This document shows, piece after piece, positions 1 to 10,052 of a stretch of 64,000 nucleotides of DNA. The position numbers and the translations under genes were made by a program. A model generated the notes under the pieces. It was not told the DNA's origin. It worked only from the letters and a program-made list of their open reading frames with translations, and made no database searches. Each line of letters opens with the position of its first letter. Position 1 is the stretch's first letter. The DNA lies in NCBI GenBank assembly GCA_965220365.1, contig OZ244823.1, positions 2,236,413 through 2,300,412 on the forward strand, written 5' to 3'. This stretch comes from Rhodothermales bacterium. Lineage in GTDB: Bacteria > Bacteroidota > Rhodothermia > Rhodothermales > Bin80.

Positions 1-252
1 ACTTGCAAGCTTCCGGCAGTCATTGGTGTGAATCGACGGATCGGTGAACCGCGGTATCCGTCCTTTAAGGGTATCATGAAAGCGAAGCGGAAGCCGATTG
101 AGAAAGAGTCGGTGACATTGGAGTCTCCTCAACTTCATGTTGAATCGTTGGGATTGCCTGCATCACGGTCGGAAGGGAAGATCCTGGTTTACAAAGATGG
201 GGTAGCAGCGGAGGTCGTGACTCTTTTGCGCGAAAAGTCAAAGGTGATCTGA
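1..252 (+). CDS. etfB: Electron transfer flavoprotein beta subunit, 3' part (5'-truncated by window edge)
   Basis: Frame open from base 1 (TCKLPAVIGVNRRIGEPRYPSFKGIMKAKRKP). EPRYPS..GIMKAK is the ETF-beta C-terminal signature; directly upstream of etfA. Confidence 0.92.
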   Translation, partial: TCKLPAVIGVNRRIGEPRYPSFKGIMKAKRKPIEKESVTLESPQLHVESLGLPASRSEGKILVYKDGVAAEVVTLLREKSKVI

Positions 253-260
253 GGGATGCC

Positions 261-1214
261 ATGTCCAAAATTCTGGTTATAGCGGAAACAAGTGGCTCAG
301 GTCTGACGACTTCAACCCTAGAAGTATGTCAGGCGGCCTTTACACTTTCCGCTTCCCTGGGTGGGAGTTGGAAGCTGCTCGTTCATGACCGCGTAGCGGA
401 GGCTGCCGGCAAGATTGCTCCTGAGGTGGTGTCATTTTCATTGGGTGAAGATATCTATCAGGGGGCTGAGCTTTTGGCTTCCATTGCAGCTCAGATGGTA
501 GAATCGACCGATGTGGTTATGATGGCAGCAACAAGTACGGGAAAAGATGTTATGGGCCGATTAGCTCAGCATCTTTCGGTTCCTTTGGCACAGGACTGCA
601 CAGGGTTTGAGGTGATCTCTGATGGGATTAGGTTCAAGCGTTCATTGTATGGAGGTAAGGTGACCGCCAGCGTAAAATTATCAGGTAAGCCAATACTGGT
701 AAGCTTTCGGCCTAGATCATTTACACCGATTGCTTCGTCAGATGAGTTTGCCGAAGCGGTAGCGCATGCAGTCAATAGCATTACTCCAAAAACCTCTGTT
801 AACCTTCGGACCAAGGCTACAAGTGAGCGTCCTGATGTAACCGACGCATCGATCGTTGTGAGTGGAGGCAGGGGCTTACAGGGGCCAGAGAACTGGCATA
901 TACTTGAAGACCTTCTGGATGCACTTGGCCCGGATGCTGCTTTGGCTTGTTCACGCCCGGTAAGTGATGATCATTGGCGCCCTCACAGCGAGCATGTAGG
1001 GCAAACCGGTCGTGCAATCGCTCCAGACTTATATATTGCTGTTGGAATTTCGGGGGCGACGCAGCACATAGCCGGCATTGCAAGATCCAAGTATATCCTT
1101 GCCATTAACAAGGACCCGGATGCCCCGATTTTCAAGGTTGCCGACTACGGTATTGTTGGGGACTTATTTGAGGTCGTTCCTGCCCTTGCCGCTGCCGTTC
1201 GGGATGCAGCGTAG
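261..1214 (+). CDS. etfA: Electron transfer flavoprotein alpha subunit
   Basis: Motifs [52 protein letters not shown]. Confidence 0.96.
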   Translation: MSKILVIAETSGSGLTTSTLEVCQAAFTLSASLGGSWKLLVHDRVAEAAGKIAPEVVSFSLGEDIYQGAELLASIAAQMVESTDVVMMAATSTGKDVMGRLAQHLSVPLAQDCTGFEVISDGIRFKRSLYGGKVTASVKLSGKPILVSFRPRSFTPIASSDEFAEAVAHAVNSITPKTSVNLRTKATSERPDVTDASIVVSGGRGLQGPENWHILEDLLDALGPDAALACSRPVSDDHWRPHSEHVGQTGRAIAPDLYIAVGISGATQHIAGIARSKYILAINKDPDAPIFKVADYGIVGDLFEVVPALAAAVRDAA

Positions 1215-1262
1215 TTCGATCTAGAATACGCCCATTGGATTGCGTTGATTATGGGCAACCAA

Positions 1263-2366
1263 TCAAATCAATAACAGCCCAAGCAGGGCACCGCCTGCGA
1301 CAAGCCAAACGGCATTGACCTTAAAGCGCAGGCTGGCAACCGCAGCCAGTAAAAAAATCGCAACAGGTGCCCAACCAGTCAGTACGCTGAGCCCCAGCCG
1401 TACCGTGACCACAAGCATCAGCGCAACTGCACTGACATTTACGGCATCCAAAAATGACCCCATCAGGGTTGATTTACGTAGGCGGGGAATGAGAGGGTTT
1501 AGGATACTGACGAACACAAACGATGGCAGAAAGATTGCAACGGTGGCAATCAATCCACCTTGCCAACCATCCAGGAATACACCGATGAATGTAGCTGTGC
1601 TGAGCACGGGGCCAGGGGTAAACTGGCCGATAGCAATTGCATCTAGCAGTTGCTGCTCAGTCAACCAGCCATAAGTCTGCACCAAACCACCCTCCAGGAA
1701 TGCAATCAAGACGTAACCACTTCCGTAGAGAACCGAACCAACCTTGAGAAAAAACCAACCAAGTGTCCAAATACTATATTCCACCTTGGGCACCTGCAAG
1801 AATCCAAGAAGGAAGGGGAGGATTGCACTGATCGCCGTCAACCGGCGACGCCAAAAATAAAATCCCCCAAGTCCCAGTAGACCTCCTCCTAACATGGCCA
1901 ATACCTCGTTGACACCAAGCAATAGCCCAATAGCCACTACTGCGCCAATCGGAACCAGCGACCAGGCTTTGACTGCAGACTTGCCCAAGCGCCAGAGAGC
2001 ACCCAGAATGATAGCCAATACAGCCGGTTTGATGCCGCGAAGGAATGGTTCTACCTCAGGCACGGCGCCATATTCGGCATACAGCCATCCAAGTGCACCC
2101 GTCATCAGTGCAGCGGGTAAAATGAAACAGAGGCCAGCGACGACCATACCACCAAAGCCACGCTGTTCATATCCAACGTGCATGGCCATTTCGGTTGAGT
2201 TTGGGCCGGGAATCAGGTTGGTCGCACCGACTAGGTCCAGGAAGTGCTCCCTGGTGAGCCATTTGCGGCGGGTAACAACTTCATCGTCCATCATTGCAAT
2301 GACTGCAGCGGGACCGCCGAATCCGATAAAACCCAGCTTAAGGAAAAGCCGTATCAGTTCATTCAT
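1263..2366 (-). CDS. chrA: Chromate efflux transporter (CHR family, long two-domain form)
   Basis: FLKLGFIGFGGP, LIPGPNS, second repeat YGSGYVL and GQFTPGP; highly hydrophobic. Confidence 0.93.
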   Translation of the reverse strand: MNELIRLFLKLGFIGFGGPAAVIAMMDDEVVTRRKWLTREHFLDLVGATNLIPGPNSTEMAMHVGYEQRGFGGMVVAGLCFILPAALMTGALGWLYAEYGAVPEVEPFLRGIKPAVLAIILGALWRLGKSAVKAWSLVPIGAVVAIGLLLGVNEVLAMLGGGLLGLGGFYFWRRRLTAISAILPFLLGFLQVPKVEYSIWTLGWFFLKVGSVLYGSGYVLIAFLEGGLVQTYGWLTEQQLLDAIAIGQFTPGPVLSTATFIGVFLDGWQGGLIATVAIFLPSFVFVSILNPLIPRLRKSTLMGSFLDAVNVSAVALMLVVTVRLGLSVLTGWAPVAIFLLAAVASLRFKVNAVWLVAGGALLGLLLI

Positions 2367-2380
2367 GAAGGTGTGATTTC

Positions 2381-2713
2381 ATGGCGAAAAAGATCGAACT
2401 GGGTTATGATGGAGAGTGCGAATTCTGCAATTATTCCGTCAACTGGCTCCGCAGACATGACCGTCATAACCGTCTATCATTCAAAGAGCTTCCGCCTGAT
2501 TCCTCATGCGTCACTTTAAGTGACGAGAAAGGAACATGGGAAGCGTCTACTGCGGCTCTTCGTGCGTTGAAGCATTTGGGAGGCCCATGGAGGATGGTCG
2601 CACAGTTGCTTATGATCATTCCAAGGCCCCTCCGTGACGCAGTTTACCGAATGATTGCAAAACGGCGACACCTCATTATTGATTCTGGAGCAACTCGAAA
2701 TACCGCTGAATGA
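2381..2713 (+). CDS. DCC-family thiol-disulfide oxidoreductase (DUF393)
   Basis: N-terminal YDGECEFC (DxxCxxC) and C-terminal PRPLRDAVYRMIAKRR. Confidence 0.85.
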   Translation: MAKKIELGYDGECEFCNYSVNWLRRHDRHNRLSFKELPPDSSCVTLSDEKGTWEASTAALRALKHLGGPWRMVAQLLMIIPRPLRDAVYRMIAKRRHLIIDSGATRNTAE

Positions 2714-5700
2714 GTTCCTGGTAATCTTTTGCGTACCCACTTTCGAGTGCATTCAACAGTGCACGTTGCAGTTCATCCTTGGTCATATTTGGTTGTAGCG
2801 GAAGAGGGCTCGCGCGTTCAATTTCAGATCCTTGCTGCCCTTCACGTTTCCGCTCGCGGCCCCTTTCCTGTAGGCTGCGTGATGCATCAAGAAGTCTAGT
2901 CAGGATCTGTTGCTGGCGCTGCCTCGTTGGGCGATTGACCTGACCAGACTGTAACTCCTGAATAGACTCTTCCATCTGCTGTGCGATACGTTCTAGATCG
3001 CCAGCCAATTGATTGGCTAAGTCACGCTCCTGCGCCATCTCGGTAAGTTGACGCCGCATCGCCTCTTGTTGCCCAGCGATCTGTTGCAGACGCTCCTGCA
3101 TATCTGGAGTCAATCGCTCCCCCTGTTGCCGCCCAAAAAATTCCTCAAGTGCTTGATTTAATTGCTCCTGTTGTGCGGCCATCTGTTGGAGTTGCTGGAT
3201 CATTTGCTCCATAGACATCCCGCCGCCGCTACTTGACGAAGAATTCATGAGTTGATCAAGGAGGTCACTCAGAAGAAGAGCTAGATTATTCAGGCTGGTC
3301 ATTGCCTGTGCAGCATAGGACTCGGCAGAGGTGTTATTGCGGTCGGTTAGTGCTTCCGTAGTGGCGGACATGTGAAAAATTGCATTCCCGGCAAACTGTT
3401 GGACATTCCGTGACAACTGTGGCAAGCTCCGCCCCAATGACTGAATAGAGTCAGCAACGACTGCACCACCTGTTTCCAGGATTGATTGCGCCTGTGCAAA
3501 ATCACGCAGTAAGGGACTTTCTTGGGTGACATTTGCAATCTTTCGACGGAGTTCCTCCTGATCTTGGGACAACCTGAGAACATTGCTCAAAATCAATTTG
3601 AGCGCCGCGAGGTTGATCTGCATTTGTTGTCCTTGCATTCCGCTCTGGATGTTCTGCAGATCCGATTGCAACTGCTGCATACTTTGACTCATCTGCTGCT
3701 GCCCCTGATTTGCCTGTTGCATCTGCTCAGACTGCATCTGCTGAGCATTTTGCCGCATATTCTCGGGAAGTTCCTTGGCTTGCGTTTGCTCATTGAGCTG
3801 CTCCATTTGGCTTGTGGGGGCTCGCTGAAGCTCTTGCATCCGATCCGAGATCTCCTCCATCCTGTCTTCAAGGGCCGTCATCTCGTCCGATGCCAATAAC
3901 TGCTCGTCTGCAAGATCTTCTGAATTCGCTTGGGCATCCTCGTCACTGGTTTGCTCAGCAAGCTTGTCTTGTACCTGTTGTAGGTCTTCCGCGCGCCGAG
4001 CTGCTTCTTCAAGTTGCTGCTGCACCTGAAAACTTTTGAATAGCTCCAGTGCCCGCTCTATACGCTCTCTGAACATCTCCTCGTTGAACTCAAATTTTTC
4101 CAATGATTCCTGCATCGCAGCAGGGTCAAGTTCAGAGAGGGCCTCCTGTAGCTCTTGCAATGCTTCCATTAACTCAGGAGAGCTGATCTCTTCCGTTACA
4201 TTCTGGAGTTCTTCAAATAGATCCAGTAATTCATCGCTGACCAAGTTGTGATCTTCCATTTGCTGTGCAGCATCGGCCATATTGCTGGTAAGCTCATCTA
4301 CCCGATTTTGGAGATCTTCCTGTGCTTGGCTTAACTCTTCGAGGTTTTGGCGGTCATCCCAACTGGCATCCTGTTTTCTGCGCAATTCATCCCTGAGTTC
4401 GTCAAACTCCTCCCGTATCAACTCGGCCTCTTCCAAAAGCGACTCAAGACCGGATTCCGTTTCATCCTGCGCAGTCTCAAGAGTCTCATATCGTTCGGTA
4501 ATAGATGGGAGGCGTAACTCTTGGGTTGCACTTGAGCTCTTTTTGGGACCATTGTATCCATCATTATCCCAGATCGTTACGAAATAACTGATTACGTCTC
4601 CAGGGACAATATCAAGGCCAGTCGTCAAATCCAGATCCCAGAGGTATTGGATCTCGGGAGCAGTTGGAAGTGGGAGTTCCATTTCCTGGAAAGAGTCCAT
4701 TGTATCTCCGAAACGACTCTCTGAATGGCGCCAGGAAAGGGTAAAGCGTGAGAAACCAAAATCATCCTGAACACGAATGGTCAACGGGACCAGAAGCTCA
4801 AAATCCATATCTGTCCGGGGAGCCGGAGAGATGAGTTCAATAGAAGGATGGCGGTCATACAGTGGGGTAACCGAATAGGTGATCGGGTCAAGATTACGGA
4901 CGCCATTGGAAGATTCGAGCAGTATGCGGTAACTGGTTTCATCGTGAATCGTAATCGTCCCGGCCAAGTCGTCGAGAATGATGTCATCGCTACCCGAATC
5001 AAGAGAAAGCCAGGCTCGGGTACCAGGAATGCTGGATCGAATCCGAATATGCGCTGCAGTGCCCTGCAATGCAGTAATATTCCCTGTCCCCAGGGGCAAC
5101 TCTTCAGCTGGAAGCCCTGAATAGGGTGGGGGATGTAAGGTGATTTGCAGGTTTCGAAGAACCGGTCGGTCAATGACGGCAACATCATACCAGTCAGATG
5201 TCACCGGACCGGACACTGCACGGTACCGAAATGGCAGACGCAGATTGTTTTCCTGGTGGAGAAAACGACCAAGTGAATCGCCCTTGACATTTTGTGATTG
5301 TACGCGAGTTTCCCCAATTACACCTAGTTCAAAGGTGACCATATCTGGCACTGTGGCTCCCGATGCATGGGCAATCATGACTAGTGAATCGCCTTTGGTC
5401 ACTTCGGTATTACCAGGTGTCACCGAGAGGGAGAATGGGGCGGGGCGCTCGAAGGTTGTACCGGGAGAGAACAGGCGGACGGAGGCATCCCGGAATCCCT
5501 GTGGGGCTGCGAGAACCAGCATGGCAACCAACCCAAGCGGGATCGCCATATATCGGCTCCGAGCGATGGGTTGACGCCAGTTCACTCTCTCAATGAGTGG
5601 TAATTTGGACACTTCTGCATCAAGTGACTGTACGGCATGATCAATCAAGGGCTGCGGAGCGGGGCTTGCATCCCCATTACACAACTCAAGCAGGGATACC

Positions 5701-6035
5701 AATTGATTCTGTAGAGCGGGCTGCTTCTGAGCCACCGTACGCGCAATATTTTTGTATTGTGAACGGCGGATCCATCCGGTGATCCAAGGTCGAATGACCA
5801 GCCAGAAAAGTAGGGCAACTGCCGCAATAATCCAGACCCAGAAAAATACGCTGCGCCATGAAGTTGGCATCCAGAAGCGCATTTCCACCATCAGCAGCAG
5901 GGCGAGACCACTTGCAACAGCAAGAATCAGCAGAACGAGGCCAACAGCCACGCGTTCCGTGATTAGACGATTCCAGCATCCCCGGAGTCGGGTCTGGATC
6001 CCATTCAGGATGTATCTGGACTCATTACTCATCAA
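2676..6035 (-). CDS. Large membrane-anchored coiled-coil protein, DUF4175-like
   Basis: 1119 aa; N-terminal TM helices, Ig-like middle (DDFGFS, WDNDGYNGPK), long Q/E-rich coiled coil, C-terminal ILTRLLDA..S and YQELIQRYF motifs. Confidence 0.8.
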   Translation of the reverse strand: MMSNESRYILNGIQTRLRGCWNRLITERVAVGLVLLILAVASGLALLLMVEMRFWMPTSWRSVFFWVWIIAAVALLFWLVIRPWITGWIRRSQYKNIARTVAQKQPALQNQLVSLLELCNGDASPAPQPLIDHAVQSLDAEVSKLPLIERVNWRQPIARSRYMAIPLGLVAMLVLAAPQGFRDASVRLFSPGTTFERPAPFSLSVTPGNTEVTKGDSLVMIAHASGATVPDMVTFELGVIGETRVQSQNVKGDSLGRFLHQENNLRLPFRYRAVSGPVTSDWYDVAVIDRPVLRNLQITLHPPPYSGLPAEELPLGTGNITALQGTAAHIRIRSSIPGTRAWLSLDSGSDDIILDDLAGTITIHDETSYRILLESSNGVRNLDPITYSVTPLYDRHPSIELISPAPRTDMDFELLVPLTIRVQDDFGFSRFTLSWRHSESRFGDTMDSFQEMELPLPTAPEIQYLWDLDLTTGLDIVPGDVISYFVTIWDNDGYNGPKKSSSATQELRLPSITERYETLETAQDETESGLESLLEEAELIREEFDELRDELRRKQDASWDDRQNLEELSQAQEDLQNRVDELTSNMADAAQQMEDHNLVSDELLDLFEELQNVTEEISSPELMEALQELQEALSELDPAAMQESLEKFEFNEEMFRERIERALELFKSFQVQQQLEEAARRAEDLQQVQDKLAEQTSDEDAQANSEDLADEQLLASDEMTALEDRMEEISDRMQELQRAPTSQMEQLNEQTQAKELPENMRQNAQQMQSEQMQQANQGQQQMSQSMQQLQSDLQNIQSGMQGQQMQINLAALKLILSNVLRLSQDQEELRRKIANVTQESPLLRDFAQAQSILETGGAVVADSIQSLGRSLPQLSRNVQQFAGNAIFHMSATTEALTDRNNTSAESYAAQAMTSLNNLALLLSDLLDQLMNSSSSSGGGMSMEQMIQQLQQMAAQQEQLNQALEEFFGRQQGERLTPDMQERLQQIAGQQEAMRRQLTEMAQERDLANQLAGDLERIAQQMEESIQELQSGQVNRPTRQRQQQILTRLLDASRSLQERGRERKREGQQGSEIERASPLPLQPNMTKDELQRALLNALESGYAKDYQELIQRYFELLQNQ

Positions 6036-6130
6036 GGTAGTTTACCACACATCATTCTAGCGGTTTCGCATTCAGACATGTTAATTCATCGCAGTATAGC
6101 CCTATCTTTCTATGAATCACCATAATTCAA

Positions 6131-7393
6131 ATGACTGATTGTATTGCCATTATCCTCGGCGGTGGAGCGGGTTCGCGTCTGTTTCCGCTTACGCTTCTTC
6201 GGTCCAAGCCAGCCGTACCACTGGGCGGTAAGTACCGACTGATTGACGTTCCGGTCTCCAACTGTATTAACTCCAATATTAACAAGATCTTTGTTCTGAC
6301 GCAATTCAATTCTGCCAGTTTGAATCGTCATCTTGCTCACACCTATCGGTTCGATAATTATCGACGGGGCTTTGTGACGGTCATGGCTGCGGAGCAGACA
6401 CAGCGTTCAGCAAACTGGTTTCAGGGGACCGCGGATGCTGTGCGCCAATGCATTCCTCACGTTTCAATTTACCGCCAGAAATATGCGCTGATTTTATCGG
6501 GAGATCAACTCTATTCAATGGACTATCGAAAGATTATTGATCACCATGCAGCCAACGATGCGGCAGTCACTGTCGCAACGATTCCAGTTACGGCAGAAGA
6601 AGCATCTGATTTTGGTATTCTCAAAACCGATGAGCATCAGGAAATTACAGAGTTCTACGAGAAGCCCGAGGACCTCACCGGAAAGTCAAGTATAGTCAGT
6701 GAATCTATGGAGGCTGCGGGACGTGTATATCTGGCATCCATGGGCATTTATGTGTTCGACAGCGAACTTCTCTTCCAGGCACTTGATCAACATCCGAATG
6801 ATCATGACTTCGGGAAGCAGATTATTCCTCGGGCGATTGATAAAGTGAAGGTGGTCAGTTATCCATTTGAAGGGTACTGGAGTGATATCGGGACAATTCG
6901 CTCGTACTATGATGCCAGCCTAATGCTGACAAACCCTCTACCGGGATTCAATATTTACGATACAAACAAGAGATTGTACACAAATGCACGAATGCTCCCA
7001 CCTGCAAAAATGTCGGGGGCTAAATTCACGGACAGTCTCGTGTCCGAGGGAAGTGTAATTGGTGAGAGCTCCATCACCAGATCTGTAATTGGAATTCGCT
7101 CACGCATTGGCAACCATACGACGATCCGTGACTCAGTTCTGCTGGGTGCGGACTATTATCCGTTGCACGGATTGGCATCCAGCGAACGCATTGAAGGCCC
7201 GGAACAGCCAGGTGTAGGAGATCATACATTTATCGAGGGCACTATCGTAGACAAGAATGTGCGTATTGGGAATAAATGCATCATACGCAACAAGGAAGGC
7301 GTACAAGAGCACGATGGGGAAAATTTCTATATCCGGGACGGAGTCGTCGTGATTCCAAAGAATGTCTCCATCCCAGATGAAACCGTGATTTGA
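6131..7393 (+). CDS. glgC: Glucose-1-phosphate adenylyltransferase
   Basis: ILGGGAGSRLFPLT..RSKPAVPLGGKYRLID, WFQGTADAVR, DFGK, YWSDIGT. Confidence 0.97.
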   Translation: MTDCIAIILGGGAGSRLFPLTLLRSKPAVPLGGKYRLIDVPVSNCINSNINKIFVLTQFNSASLNRHLAHTYRFDNYRRGFVTVMAAEQTQRSANWFQGTADAVRQCIPHVSIYRQKYALILSGDQLYSMDYRKIIDHHAANDAAVTVATIPVTAEEASDFGILKTDEHQEITEFYEKPEDLTGKSSIVSESMEAAGRVYLASMGIYVFDSELLFQALDQHPNDHDFGKQIIPRAIDKVKVVSYPFEGYWSDIGTIRSYYDASLMLTNPLPGFNIYDTNKRLYTNARMLPPAKMSGAKFTDSLVSEGSVIGESSITRSVIGIRSRIGNHTTIRDSVLLGADYYPLHGLASSERIEGPEQPGVGDHTFIEGTIVDKNVRIGNKCIIRNKEGVQEHDGENFYIRDGVVVIPKNVSIPDETVI

Positions 7394-7962
7394 TGAAATT
7401 GGCCGAGAATAGATACTGGTTGGCTCCGCCGTTGATTGGGCTTTTGATCTTGGCAGGGTGTAGAACCTATGGCGGCAGTACGGATGAGCAGATTGCTGCG
7501 AGCGTGCTCACGGCTACCCAGCAGGTAGCTGCCGAAGTCTCAAGGATTGAAATCGAATCAGCGATGTTGATGGAGGCTGCCGCGATTCATCCTGAATTAA
7601 TTCCTTACAGTGAGCGTATGCAAGCCATCGTGGATGAGTACATGGAGATTAAGGAGAAACAGAAGAAATTGGCAGAGGAGGTTACTTCCATTCGGGATAA
7701 TTTCGTTACGAAATGGGTTGGTCAGGATCGCCATAGGGCATTGCATCGCGCACTTGGTGCAATCATCAGCGAAAGGGAATTAAAGCAGCATCAAATAAAT
7801 TTGGTTGCTCAAGATTTAGGAAGGCATCTTGGGGTTACAGAACGGAGGCAGCCAGCCGAGGAAGGTCGCTTGCAAATCCGGCCGCATCATTACAACCGAT
7901 CGTGGCCAGTTACAGAACTCCAGGATCTATTGACCGATATAGAATCGGAGCCCACCGAATAG
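7390..7962 (+). CDS. Hypothetical lipoprotein, helical
   Basis: Lipobox LAGC after a hydrophobic stretch; start overlaps the glgC stop (probable ATG at 7393). Confidence 0.7.
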   Translation: MMKLAENRYWLAPPLIGLLILAGCRTYGGSTDEQIAASVLTATQQVAAEVSRIEIESAMLMEAAAIHPELIPYSERMQAIVDEYMEIKEKQKKLAEEVTSIRDNFVTKWVGQDRHRALHRALGAIISERELKQHQINLVAQDLGRHLGVTERRQPAEEGRLQIRPHHYNRSWPVTELQDLLTDIESEPTE

Positions 7963-8002
7963 TACCCTTGAATCGGGCTACAGGTTGATCACTCATGGAC
8001 AT

Positions 8003-9982
8003 ATGATCCTGAGGACACTCTTTTTTTTGTGTGTAGCCGGGACAGTGCAGGCTCAAGTGCCGACGGACTCACTCATCCACTATGAGCTAGGGGATATTGT
8101 TGTACGCTCATCAGGAGATTCTCCCGATATATCATCCATATCCACCATGCAGCAGGTTCGCTTGGCGGGGATTGCTCAAGCGGATGCCGCTTCCATTCAT
8201 CCTGTTCTCCGGCAGATTCCGTCGGCACACCTTCAGACAAACTCTAGGGGAGAATCGCTTATCTATTTGCGGGGGGCAGGCGAGCGGCAGGTGAGTTTGT
8301 TTTTTGATGGAGCTCTGCTCAACATTCCCTGGGACAATCGAATAGATCTAAGCCTGATTCCCTCAGAGGTGGTAGGGGAAATTTCGATAGCCAAAGGCGT
8401 CCCATCCGTTCTTTATGGTGCGAATGTTCTTGGTGGGGCAATCAATATGACCTCTAGGCAGCTTCGTAGTCCAGGAAGTTTTTCGCAGGTATCAGGGATT
8501 TTAGGTTCGTATGGTTCGCAGCAGGCCCGGATGACTTGGCTTCGTCGTACGGAACGCTTCCAGTCCACAGTCTTTGTGGGAATCTCGGATCAGGATGGCT
8601 ATGGTCTTCCACAAGAGGCTGATCTACCATACAGCCAAGACTCGAACGACCTTCGAACCAATACCGACCGCCAGATGCGATCCATGTTTGGGCAATTCTC
8701 CTTCAATGTTGCAGGAGAGGGAAGTATTGGAGTTTCTTTCTTGCGCTTTGATGGTAAGAAGGGAATCGCGCCCGAAGGACATCTGGATCCACGAAACGCA
8801 AATGTGCGCTTCTGGCGGTACCCCGACTGGGGTACGAACATGGCGATTCTCAGTGGCAAGTTTCCCTTTTTGGATGGAACTTTGCGCGGTACAGCATGGG
8901 TCAGCAGATTTAGCCAAACCATCGCACAGTACTCTGACAAATCTTATTCTGAACAGCTGGAAACCCAGATTGACGAGGATGATACGTACGGAGCACGGCT
9001 CACGTATTTGCGTAATTTTTTGAACTCCGGGTCACTCCGGGCGGCGGTCAACCTTCTCTCATCAAGTCATAAACAGGAAGATCTTGAAGCACAGGGATCA
9101 TCGCTGTACAGAGTTTTTTCACAGCGCATTCTTAGCAATGGGATCGAGTATACCAGACCTGGTCTGGTGAATGTGATGGTTGGTGCAAGTATGGATGTTC
9201 TCGTAACCCCCAAAACAGGTGATAAGCCCAGCCGCGGCCCGCAGACAGGGTTGGGGGCGACCATGGGGCTATCCCATGAACTTTATCCCGGCGTAAGGAT
9301 CAGAGGGATCGTTGGGCGCAAGACACGTTTTCCAACCATGCGGGAATTATTTGGAGAGGCCTTGGGGCGTTTTCTTGTTAACCCGGACCTAGAGCCTGAA
9401 TCTTCTCTTCTCACCGAGGCAGCGATCGAATTTGAGCGAGGTGAAACCACCGCGGAGGCCATTGCTTTCTTTAACCGAACCTACAACACGATTGGCCAGG
9501 AGATGGTGCTGCTTCAAGGGGAAACCAGTGCAAGGCGTCAACGAGTCAATCTTGAAGGGAGCCACGTATTCGGGCTTGAGGCCACCGTCACTTCCAGAGT
9601 GATCCAAAGCCTGCTATTCAGTTGCAGCCTGACGGGAATGCGTGCTCGTGAACTTAGCCCGAGTGGGACTCAGCCGCTTGTGGAAAAGCCATCCTGGATT
9701 GGGAGATGCAATGTGGATTATCGACTCGGAGTAGGGATTTCGGTTGTATTCGAGAGCTCCTATTCTGGTCAGGCGTACGGATTGGGGGAAGAGAACAACC
9801 TGATTCCACTTCCGAATTCACTGGTAATGAATTCACGTGTTGCGTGGCTGATTCTCCACGGGGGATATTCGGCGGAACTATTCGCAAGAGTAAACAACCT
9901 CACCGACGAGGTCGTCCTACCTCAGTTGGGGCTCCCGGGACCGGGCCGGGCATTGCACGCTGGCCTTCAAGTGACATTTTGA
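8003..9982 (+). CDS. TonB-dependent outer-membrane receptor
   Basis: Signal peptide; plug motif KGVPSVLYGANVLGGAINM; NPDLEPE; ARVNNLTD; terminal Phe. Start taken at ATG 8003 (ORF track 7985). Confidence 0.92.
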   Translation: MILRTLFFLCVAGTVQAQVPTDSLIHYELGDIVVRSSGDSPDISSISTMQQVRLAGIAQADAASIHPVLRQIPSAHLQTNSRGESLIYLRGAGERQVSLFFDGALLNIPWDNRIDLSLIPSEVVGEISIAKGVPSVLYGANVLGGAINMTSRQLRSPGSFSQVSGILGSYGSQQARMTWLRRTERFQSTVFVGISDQDGYGLPQEADLPYSQDSNDLRTNTDRQMRSMFGQFSFNVAGEGSIGVSFLRFDGKKGIAPEGHLDPRNANVRFWRYPDWGTNMAILSGKFPFLDGTLRGTAWVSRFSQTIAQYSDKSYSEQLETQIDEDDTYGARLTYLRNFLNSGSLRAAVNLLSSSHKQEDLEAQGSSLYRVFSQRILSNGIEYTRPGLVNVMVGASMDVLVTPKTGDKPSRGPQTGLGATMGLSHELYPGVRIRGIVGRKTRFPTMRELFGEALGRFLVNPDLEPESSLLTEAAIEFERGETTAEAIAFFNRTYNTIGQEMVLLQGETSARRQRVNLEGSHVFGLEATVTSRVIQSLLFSCSLTGMRARELSPSGTQPLVEKPSWIGRCNVDYRLGVGISVVFESSYSGQAYGLGEENNLIPLPNSLVMNSRVAWLILHGGYSAELFARVNNLTDEVVLPQLGLPGPGRALHAGLQVTF

Positions 9983-10052
9983 GAGTGACTAAGTAGTGAG
10001 GCGTGTTCCCTCAGGTTGCGTCAAAGATTGAGTAAAGGATAGGTTATGACCT

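Noticed and set aside
3000-4480. CAG/CTG-rich, glutamine-rich low-complexity sequence
   Set aside because: Explained by the Q/E-rich coiled coil of the DUF4175-like protein; not a DNA repeat array.
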